A DNA stretch of 64,000 bases from assembly GCA_963744995.1 (NCBI GenBank), contig CAVUWA010000010.1:64001-128000 (forward strand), given 5' to 3'. This document shows, one piece after another, positions 56,892 to 64,000 of this stretch. The DNA comes from Candidatus Eiseniibacteriota bacterium. Its GTDB lineage: Bacteria; Eisenbacteria; RBG-16-71-46. The notes under the pieces were generated by a model that saw nothing but the letters and a program-made list of their open reading frames with translations, ran no database searches and had not been told where the DNA came from. Position numbers and translations under genes: made by a program. Positions within the stretch are counted from its first letter, which is position 1, and each line of letters opens with the position of its first letter.

Positions 56892-58880
56892 TCAGGGGGA
56901 AGCCTGGCGTGCGAGGATCTTCGGCCACTCGTCGTCGAGCAGCGCGGCGTAGCCGTCCGCCGTGCCGAGCCGCTTCGCCGCGGCGGTGAACAGCGAGTCG
57001 CCCGGGGCGAGCTCCATGGCGTGCCGCATCGCCTCGTGGGCCTCGGGAATCCGGCCGACGCCGCGCAGCAACACCGCCGCGACGGCCCAGTGCCGCGCGT
57101 TCTTCGGTTCCTGCTCGACCAGCACGGCCAGCACGTGGAGCGCCTCCACCGGCCGGTTCTCGCCGATCAACGCCATGACCAGCGACTGGCGGAACAGCGG
57201 CTGATTCGGCCGCAGCCGGACGGCCCGCTCGAAGTGCCGCGCCGCGAGGGCGTAGTCGCCCTGGATCAGTGCGATGTTCCCGAGATGGGCGTAGGCGCGC
57301 ACGTTGTTCGAGTCGGCGGCCAGCGAGCGCTCGAGCCAGACGCGCGCCTCGTCCAGCCGGCCTTCGGCGAAATACCAGAACCCCACGGTGGATTCGGTGC
57401 GACCCTGGCCGAGCGGCAGATGTTTGAAGCGCTCGAGCGAGCGGTCCGCCGACGCGTTGAGCGCGATCCACGGCGCGGTGTGGAACAGCGACACCGCGAG
57501 CGCGACGACGAGCAGGCGCTGCACCGCGCGCGGCGGACCCATCCGCGTCATGACCAGCCCCGCGGCGGCGACGGCCAGCACGATCCCGAACGGCGCGAAC
57601 AGGTCCCAGTCCCGCGCGTAGCCGAGCGGCAGGTCCGCCACCATCCAGCACACCAGCGCCTGCACCAGCCCGGTCAGGGCCAGGAACGCCGCCGCCGGGC
57701 GCGCCAGCGTGCGCCGGGGGAGCGCGACCACGAGCGCCGGCAGCAGCCACAGCAGGGCGAGCGGCCCGATCAGCAGCTGCTCGGCGGTGAAGTCGCGCAG
57801 ATGCGCGGCGGAGAACAGATATGCGGCGTGGGCCTCCCCTTTGCGAAACATCGCGAGCATCTGTGCATCGAGGCGGTAGTGCCCGCCCCACGCGTAGAGC
57901 GCGTACGCGACGACCGCGAACAGGGCGGCGCCGAGCGCCACGTCGCGCAGCGTCCGCAGGCGGCGCCCGCGCGCGGCGAGCCCGAGCCCGACGAGCAGCG
58001 CGGCCGAAACCCCGAGCGTCACCATGGACAGGTTGAAGGCGATCGCCGTGAACCACGCGGCGAGCGGTGCGATCAACGGGGCCGCGCCGCGCAGCCAGCG
58101 CAGCGCCAGCCACAGGTAGATCCCGACCGCCAGCGCCTCGTACGCGTAGTTCTCGACGTAACCGAAGAACAGCTGCACGAAGCCCTGGGCGCAGAGCAGG
58201 AGCCCGATCCACTTCGCGAGCCCGGGCGCGCGCGCCTCGCCGAACGGCGCCGGCCGCAACCGCAGCAGCTCGGCGCCGATGGCGAACGAGACGAATACGA
58301 ACAGCACGCCGGCGGCAACGCTGCCCGATGCGACGGCGTCGCGGGCGACGGCATGAACGTCCCGGCCCGCCGATGCGGCGTGCGCCAGCCGGTAGACCTG
58401 CTGGTGCACGAGGCTGGTGAGGGGCTCACGCAGGTGCAGCGCCGTCTCGGTCGGCAGATTCGCGGTCAGCGGAATCCCGTCGCCGAGCAGGATCTCGCGC
58501 GAGCGCGCGGCCCACAGCACCACCCACGCGGCGAACGCGATGCCGGCGCGGGTCGCCCACGCGCGGCCGGAGAGCCGCGCAGCGCCGAGCCGCGTCACGG
58601 CGGGAGAGGCCGGCGCGTCGCGCAGCCGCACGAGCCCGATCACGATCGCGGCGGCCATCAGCACGAGGGCCGCGGGCAGCACCCACCGGGGCAGGAACGC
58701 GTAGGCGTGGCTGCCCCACAGCGCGTCCGTCGCGAAGGTGGCGCCGGCCACGTGCGCGGCGACGACGATCACGCCGAGGGCGAGCACCACGAACAGGTGG
58801 AGCCGCGACGCGTCCGCCGGCAGGTGCGGAGCCGGGTGCGTGGCGGGCGGCGTCGCCCGGGAGCGCGGGGCGCGGCTCAC
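56892..58880 (-). CDS. Multi-TM membrane protein (possible GT-C) with C-terminal TPR repeats
   Basis: LLGDG, FFGYVENY, ARDWDLF, more than 10 TM segments, TPR helices; start uncertain (GTG 58880). Confidence 0.7.
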   Translation of the reverse strand: MSRAPRSRATPPATHPAPHLPADASRLHLFVVLALGVIVVAAHVAGATFATDALWGSHAYAFLPRWVLPAALVLMAAAIVIGLVRLRDAPASPAVTRLGAARLSGRAWATRAGIAFAAWVVLWAARSREILLGDGIPLTANLPTETALHLREPLTSLVHQQVYRLAHAASAGRDVHAVARDAVASGSVAAGVLFVFVSFAIGAELLRLRPAPFGEARAPGLAKWIGLLLCAQGFVQLFFGYVENYAYEALAVGIYLWLALRWLRGAAPLIAPLAAWFTAIAFNLSMVTLGVSAALLVGLGLAARGRRLRTLRDVALGAALFAVVAYALYAWGGHYRLDAQMLAMFRKGEAHAAYLFSAAHLRDFTAEQLLIGPLALLWLLPALVVALPRRTLARPAAAFLALTGLVQALVCWMVADLPLGYARDWDLFAPFGIVLAVAAAGLVMTRMGPPRAVQRLLVVALAVSLFHTAPWIALNASADRSLERFKHLPLGQGRTESTVGFWYFAEGRLDEARVWLERSLAADSNNVRAYAHLGNIALIQGDYALAARHFERAVRLRPNQPLFRQSLVMALIGENRPVEALHVLAVLVEQEPKNARHWAVAAVLLRGVGRIPEAHEAMRHAMELAPGDSLFTAAAKRLGTADGYAALLDDEWPKILARQASP

Positions 58881-59180
58881 GCCACGCCGCCGGACGGCAC
58901 GTGCCGCACGCGCGGCGGACGACGGTGCCCGTGGTTCGGGCGCACCTGCCCCGGCGGGGCTCCGGAGGGAACCTCGCGGTCGACTTCGTTCCTTCGAAGC
59001 GCGGAGACTTCGAAGCGAACCGCCATGGCGACCGCGTACCGGGAAGCCTCGTGCGTGCCGATCCCGGTGAGCGGCATGCACGTCGATTCATGGGGGATGT
59101 GGGGTGGGCCGATTATGGCACCCGGAGGGAGCCTCGTCCGCGGGAAAATGGCCCCGGGCGCCCGGGGTGGCGAGAGCATG

Positions 59181-59206
59181 GCGGGCGCCCCGTGCGGGGC
59201 GCCCGC
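59181..59206. terminator. GC hairpin downstream of mscL
   Basis: GCGGGCGCCCCG-TG-CGGGGCGCCCGC perfect inverted repeat; no clear U-tract. Confidence 0.45.
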
Positions 59207-59242
59207 CTCCCCCTCCGTGGCGGGCCCGCGGGCCCGGCGCGC

Positions 59243-59677
59243 TCAGGCGCGCTGCTTCAGCAGATCGCGGATCTCGCCGAGCAGCTTCACCTCGGCCGGC
59301 GGCTCGGGCGGCGCCGCGGGCGCCTCTTCCTTCTTCTTCTCGAACCGGTTGACCTGCTTGATCAGGATGAAGATCGCGAACGCCACGATCAGGAAGGTGA
59401 TGACCGTGTTCAGCCAAACCCCGTAGTTGATCGTCACGGCACCCGCAGCGGTGGCGCCCTCGAGCGTGGCGTACGGCCCCGCCGCCTTGGCGCCTTCCTT
59501 GAGGACGATGAACAGATTCGAGAAGTCGACGTTGCCGATCAGGAGGCCCACGACCGGCATCAGCATGTCGGCGACGAGCGACTTCACGATCGCACCGAAC
59601 GCGGTGCCGATGATGATGCCCACCGCCATATCGAGCACGTTGCCGCGCATCACGAACTTTTTGAACTCGTTGAGCAC
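59243..59677 (-). CDS. mscL: Large-conductance mechanosensitive channel
   Basis: [32 protein letters not shown]...[10 protein letters not shown]. Confidence 0.95.
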   Translation of the reverse strand: MLNEFKKFVMRGNVLDMAVGIIIGTAFGAIVKSLVADMLMPVVGLLIGNVDFSNLFIVLKEGAKAAGPYATLEGATAAGAVTINYGVWLNTVITFLIVAFAIFILIKQVNRFEKKKEEAPAAPPEPPAEVKLLGEIRDLLKQRA

Positions 59678-59800
59678 GTCCGACCTCCTTCGGTTGGCCG
59701 CCGGAAGCCGTGGCGGCGGGTTGACGGCCCGAAAGAAGCCTCCCGAGGGTCAGCGTGTCAAGCGGTGCCCGGTGCGGCGCGAAGTCGGTGCGGTGGCGCC

Positions 59801-59872
59801 GCGGCAGCGGCGCTCATGCGCGAACGGCCGGCCGCGGCGGCGGCGCTCATGCGCGAACGGCCGGCCGCGGCG
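59801..59872. repeat. 33-bp tandem duplication
   Basis: GCGGC(A/G)GCGGCGCTCATGCGCGAACGGCCGGCC x2 plus a partial third unit. Confidence 0.85.
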
Positions 59873-59908
59873 GGGCGCGGTCGGCCGCTCGAATCCGGCG
59901 GAGGAGGA

Positions 59909-60109
59909 TCAGGGACGCCGCAGCGGACCCTGGCCGTCGAGCACATCGGCCGCCTGCTGGTAGACCTTGCGCACGGAGCGCCTGATTCCCGTCGGATCGC
60001 TGATGATCACGACCAGCGCGATGGAAGCGACGAAGGCGGCCAGCAGGCCGTACTCGATGAGATCTTCACCACCTTCGTCGTCGATGAATCGGGTCAGGAG
60101 TTCGAACAT
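59909..60109 (-). CDS. Flp family type IVb pilin
   Basis: RFIDDEGGEDLIEYGLLAAFVASIALVVI prepilin motif. Confidence 0.85.
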   Translation of the reverse strand: MFELLTRFIDDEGGEDLIEYGLLAAFVASIALVVIISDPTGIRRSVRKVYQQAADVLDGQGPLRRP

Positions 60110-60187
60110 GGGGGCTCCCTGCGGGGCTTCGCGCGGAGGGGGAGGCATTCCCTCCGGCGCGAAGCACCCGCGACGAACGGGGCGGCT

Positions 60188-60370
60188 CTAGGCGTTGTCC
60201 AGGGCGTTCTTGGCCTTCTGGAACGCGCCCGTCAGCGCGCCTTTGATACCGAGCGGATCGAGGATGATCGTCACGAGCGCGACCGAGGCGACGAAGGCGG
60301 CGAGCAGACCGTATTCGATCAGGTCTTCGCCGTTCTCCTCACGAATGAAGCTGCGGACGAGGTGCATCAT
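60188..60370 (-). CDS. Flp family type IVb pilin
   Basis: SFIREENGEDLIEYGLLAAFVASVALVTI; AGGAG RBS. Confidence 0.87.
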   Translation of the reverse strand: MMHLVRSFIREENGEDLIEYGLLAAFVASVALVTIILDPLGIKGALTGAFQKAKNALDNA

Positions 60371-60445
60371 GGGTTCGAGTCTCCTGCGAGTGGGTCGGTC
60401 CGGTTCCGGCGCGAGCCGGGGTGGAGTGCCTGATCCCATGTTTTC

Positions 60446-60460
60446 GCAAGAGCCGGGCCA
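60446..60460 (-). promoter_or_regulatory. Sigma-54 (-24/-12) promoter for the flp pilins
   Basis: Minus strand TGGCCCGGCTCTTGC = TGG-N10-GC with TTGC, 76 bp upstream of the first pilin. Confidence 0.7.
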
Positions 60461-60691
60461 CGCGGGCACGGTGGCGGACGCAGGCGCGCGCGTTGCAGAT
60501 CACGACGATTGGGCGTTGCGAAGCGCGAAAATCGTTGCATTCGCGCCACCCGCGCTCCGGAACGGCGGCAACGCTCCCTACCGCGCCCGCGAAATCCCCC
60601 GGGCGCAGCCGCGGGGCGGGTGAGATGACACAGGCGGCCCGTCCGCTCCGGCGGCTGGCGACCCGGGATCGGCGCAGGCTAGAGTCGCCGT

Positions 60692-62209
60692 ATGGCCGCT
60701 TCGATTCCATCCGGTCCCGAACCGGTCGCTCCGGCACGCGGCCCGCGCGCGATCATCGGCCTGGTCGCCGGGCCGCTTGCGCTCGCCGTGACGCTGGTGA
60801 CCGCGCCGCCGGCCGGCCTCGACGTCGCGGGGTGGCGCACCGCCGGCGTCGCGCTGATGATGGGGCTGTGGTGGATCACCGAGGCGGTCCCCCTGTCGGC
60901 CACTGCCCTGCTGCCGCTGGCGCTGTTCCCCATCCTCGGCGTCGGCTCGATGTCGGAATCCGCGCGGCCCTACGCCAATCCCGTGATCTACCTGTTCATG
61001 GGCGGCTTCATGCTCGCGCAGGCGGTGCAGCGCTGGGGCCTGCACCGGCGGCTCGCGCTGCAGATCGTGCGCGCGATCGGCACCGAGCCCAGGCGCATGG
61101 TGGGCGGCTTCATGCTGGCGAGCGCGGTGATCAGCATGTGGGTCAGCAATACGGCGACGGCGGTGATGATGCTGCCGATCGGGCTCTCGACCATCGACCT
61201 GGTGCTGCGCAACCAGCCCGCGGGCGGCCCGCCGGTCGGGAAGAACTTCGGCATCGCGCTGATGCTCGGGATCGCTTACGCGGCCAGCATCGGCGGCGTT
61301 GCCACGCTGATCGGCTCCCCGCCCAACGCGCTGTTCGCCGGCTACATGGCGGAGACCTTCGGCCTGCAGATCGACTTCACGGGCTGGATGATGGTCGGCC
61401 TGCCGATCGTGGTGCTCACGCTGCCGGCGGCATGGTGGCTGCTCACCCGCTACGTCTTCCCGATCCGCATGGCGCGCCTGCCGGGCGGCGCCGAGATGCT
61501 CGAGCGCGAGCTGGCCGCGCTCGGCCGGCCCTCGCGCGGCGAATGGCTCGCGGGCGGGGTCTTCGCGCTGGTCGCGCTCGCCTGGATCACGCGCCCGCTG
61601 CTCGCGCGCTGGCTTCCCGGACTCAGCGACGGCGGCATCGCGATCGCGGGCGCCGTCCTGCTGTTCGCGACGCCGGTGCACCTGCGACGCGCCGAATTCG
61701 TCCTCGACTGGCCCTCGGCCGCGCGCATTCCATGGGACGTGCTGCTGCTGTTCGGCGGCGGGCTGAGCCTCGCCGACGCGATCCAGCGCCAGGGGCTCGC
61801 CGCATGGATCGGCGGCGCCCTGGCGGGCGGCGGCACGCCGCCGCTGCTGGTCGTCATGTTCGTGGCGGCGGCGGTGCTGGTGTTCCTCACCGAACTCACC
61901 AGCAACACCGCCACCGCGGCGGCGTTCCTGCCGGTGCTCGGCTCGCTCGCACTGCACCTCGGCGAGAATCCGCTGTTCCTGACCGTGACCGGCGCGATCG
62001 CCGTGAGCTGCGCGTTCATGCTGCCGGTGGCGACGCCGCCCAACGCGATCGTCTACGGCAGCGGCTTCGTCCGCGGGCCGCAGATGGCGCGGGCGGGCTT
62101 CGTGCTGAACCTGCTGTTCATCGCCGTGCTGCCACTGCTCGTCTTCGCGCTGCTCTACGCGGTGTACGGGGCGCGCCCGGGGCTGGTTCCGGCCTGGGCG
62201 ACCCCGTGA
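60692..62209 (+). CDS. DASS/SLC13 family sodium:dicarboxylate/sulfate symporter
   Basis: WWITEAVPL, SMWVSNTAT, TLIGSPPN, TELTSNTAT, FMLPVATPPNAIV. Confidence 0.92.
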   Translation: MAASIPSGPEPVAPARGPRAIIGLVAGPLALAVTLVTAPPAGLDVAGWRTAGVALMMGLWWITEAVPLSATALLPLALFPILGVGSMSESARPYANPVIYLFMGGFMLAQAVQRWGLHRRLALQIVRAIGTEPRRMVGGFMLASAVISMWVSNTATAVMMLPIGLSTIDLVLRNQPAGGPPVGKNFGIALMLGIAYAASIGGVATLIGSPPNALFAGYMAETFGLQIDFTGWMMVGLPIVVLTLPAAWWLLTRYVFPIRMARLPGGAEMLERELAALGRPSRGEWLAGGVFALVALAWITRPLLARWLPGLSDGGIAIAGAVLLFATPVHLRRAEFVLDWPSAARIPWDVLLLFGGGLSLADAIQRQGLAAWIGGALAGGGTPPLLVVMFVAAAVLVFLTELTSNTATAAAFLPVLGSLALHLGENPLFLTVTGAIAVSCAFMLPVATPPNAIVYGSGFVRGPQMARAGFVLNLLFIAVLPLLVFALLYAVYGARPGLVPAWATP

Positions 62210-62218
62210 GAACGCGAC

Positions 62219-62719
62219 TCAGGCGCCGCCCGAGTGGCGCGCCGCCTCCGCCCTGCGGCGCTTCGCGGCGAAGAACTCGCGCAGGATGCCGCCGCAGGCG
62301 TCGGCCATCACGCCGCTCGTGACCGGCAGGGAGTGATTGAGGCTCGGCTCGTGGACCACGTCGAGCACCGAGCCGCACGCGCCGGCTTTGGGATCCGGCG
62401 CGCCGTACACCAGACGGCCGAGGCGCGCGAGGATGATCGCGCCCGCGCACATCGCGCACGGCTCGAGCGTCACGTACATCGTGCAGTCCGAGAGCCGCCA
62501 CGAGCCGAGGGTGGTGGACGCGGCGCCGATCGCGAGGATCTCCGCGTGCGCGGTGGCGTCGTTCAGGCCCTCGACCTGATTGTGACCGCGACCGAGGATG
62601 ATGCCGTCCTGGACGATGACGCAGCCGACCGGCACCTCGTCGCGCTCGGCCGAGGCCTGCGCCTCGCGCAGCGCGGCCTCGATGCCTTCTTCGTCACTGC
62701 GGATCAGCACGCGGGCCAT
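62219..62719 (-). CDS. tadA: tRNA adenosine(34) deaminase
   Basis: EVPVGCVIV, DATAHAEILA, YVTLEPCAMCAGA, DPKAGACGS. Confidence 0.93.
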   Translation of the reverse strand: MARVLIRSDEEGIEAALREAQASAERDEVPVGCVIVQDGIILGRGHNQVEGLNDATAHAEILAIGAASTTLGSWRLSDCTMYVTLEPCAMCAGAIILARLGRLVYGAPDPKAGACGSVLDVVHEPSLNHSLPVTSGVMADACGGILREFFAAKRRRAEAARHSGGA

Positions 62720-62735
62720 CCCGCGCCGCACGCGC

Positions 62736-63440
62736 TCACTCGCCGGCTCCCGGTGCGTGCGGGAAGCGTGCGCCCCAGCGGTTGAACAGCTTCTGCAGCA
62801 CTTCTTCGTAGCTCGGGGGGCCGGGATTGGTGTTGGTCGGGTTGATGTTCACGCCGCCGCCGGGGGTCCGGTAGGGATCGCCGCTCGGCGACTGGTACGG
62901 GCCCTCGCCCACCTCGCTGCCGGAGATCGTCCACAGCAGCCGGCCGCGCGCATCCATCAGTGCGGCGGCGGCCTGCACCGTCGTCGAAGGTTTGCCGGAT
63001 TGCGAGGCATCGAGCTTCACCTGCTCGAAGCGATCCACGCGAATCCCGAGCACCGCATCCACGTGCAGGCGGTCGCACACCTGGATCGCGGTCGCCGAAT
63101 CGAGGCGCGCGTCGTCCAGCAGGTCATCGCGCACGGCGTTCAGCAGCGAGTCGTTGCCGGTCGCCGTGCGCAGCAACGTGCGCGTCGAGGTCGTGGACAG
63201 CCAGCGGTGGCCGGAACCCCGCAGCGCGACGGCGAGCATGCCCTCCACCAGCTTCTCGTTGCGGAGGTCGTGGTTATAGGACGCAGCGGGCAGCATGGCG
63301 ATGCGGCCGAGCTGCATCGTGTCGAGGCCGGCGCGCGCCCAGACCAGATCCAGGTCGTGGCCCTTGTCTCGATCGGCGGCCGGAGCGGACGCGGCGGCGA
63401 GCGCGCCGAGGAGCACGCACGCGAGGATCAGGCGCTTCAT
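62736..63440 (-). CDS. Hypothetical secreted protein
   Basis: Signal peptide MKRLILACVLLGALAAASAPA; AAGGAG RBS; typical codon usage. Confidence 0.75.
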   Translation of the reverse strand: MKRLILACVLLGALAAASAPAADRDKGHDLDLVWARAGLDTMQLGRIAMLPAASYNHDLRNEKLVEGMLAVALRGSGHRWLSTTSTRTLLRTATGNDSLLNAVRDDLLDDARLDSATAIQVCDRLHVDAVLGIRVDRFEQVKLDASQSGKPSTTVQAAAALMDARGRLLWTISGSEVGEGPYQSPSGDPYRTPGGGVNINPTNTNPGPPSYEEVLQKLFNRWGARFPHAPGAGE

Positions 63441-63570
63441 GTCGGTCTCCTTCCCGGGGGCAACACCGTCAGGATGGCGGGAACGGGCGGCGGATGCAAC
63501 GCCGCGCGATGCGCGGCGACGCCGGCAACGCGAACGGCGGCCGGAACTCGTCCGGCCGCCGCGAATTCAG

Positions 63571-63647
<77 letters not shown>

Positions 63648-63671
63648 GCAGTCCCGCGCATTCGCACGAAA

Positions 63672-63763
63672 TGGCGGAGAGGAGAGGATTCGAACCTCCG
63701 GACCGGTTTGACCCAGTCAACCGCTTAGCAGGCGGCTGCCTTCAACCACTCGGCCACCTCTCC
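63672..63763 (-). tRNA. tRNA-Ser(GCT)
   Basis: GGAGAGGTGGCCGAGTGG...CCT-GCT-AAGCGG, long variable arm, GGTTCGAATCC...GCCA. Confidence 0.96.
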
Positions 63764-63772
63764 TGAGTTCAG

Positions 63773-63858
63773 TGGCGGAGGGAGTAGGATTCGAACCCAC
63801 GGAGCTTTCGCTCAACGGTTTTCAAGACCGCCGCCTTCAACCACTCGGCCATCCCTCC
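63773..63858 (-). tRNA. tRNA-Ser(TGA)
   Basis: GGAGGGATGGCCGAGTGG...TCT-TGA-AAACCG, variable arm, GGTTCGAATCC...GCCA. Confidence 0.96.
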
Positions 63859-64000
63859 GCGTCCAGCGGCGGATGCCTGGGCGGCCCGCAGAGCCGTCCT
63901 CGTGGCCGTCGGGCGCCGCGGCACCCTCGTCTCCTCTTTCCTGCGCCACCCTCGCGGCGCCGCGTGCACCCAAAACAACCGCTCGTCCGCCCTCGGGCGT

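Noticed and set aside
58877..59026. 49-aa ORF overlapping the TPR membrane gene start (GTGA)
   Set aside because: No RBS, no motif, and a low-complexity Arg/Pro sequence; cannot be supported.
62219..62719. tadA near Flp pilins as the Tad pilus ATPase
   Set aside because: Name coincidence only: the protein has HAE/PCxxC deaminase motifs and no Walker boxes.

Overview
This is a very GC-rich bacterial window. The gene content suggests an FCB-related lineage such as Candidatus Eisenbacteria, but that is inference. It has two parts. (1) Bases ~0.3-46.6 kb are an accessory-looking mosaic. Ten genes (one broken) encode mostly large secreted proteins (NHL, delta-60, FG-GAP, BNR, LamG, vWA, S11 peptidase) that all end in the same ~80-aa PNP...DxxGRxV...GxY/FFxRL C-terminal domain (CTD; FlgD-Ig / T9SS type-A-sorting-like). 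They are interleaved with GT-C glycosyltransferases, oxidoreductases and many short gene scraps: IS110 and IS91-like transposase tails, a solo IS3 OrfA-type HTH, propeller/LamG/protease fragments, and two orphan copies of the CTD tail that each end exactly at an RBS+ATG. A 40-100 bp non-coding element recurs four times in the same orientation. It carries a TGGAGC-N17-TAGGCT promoter-like core, and one copy follows the IS91-like remnant. My main hypothesis is that rolling-circle (IS91/ISCR-like) ends have been assembling and shuffling a library of CTD-tagged secreted cargo. (2) Bases ~46.8-64 kb are core-like: a cbb3 oxidase operon (ccoNO-Q-P-G-fixH-DsbD_2-ccoI-ccoS, with two single-base frameshifts that may be assembly errors), puuD, a TPR membrane protein, mscL, two Flp pilins behind a sigma-54 promoter, a DASS transporter, tRNA deaminase tadA, and tRNA-Ser(TGA)/Ser(GCT)/Arg(ACG). 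All calls come from reading the sequence; no database searches were run.
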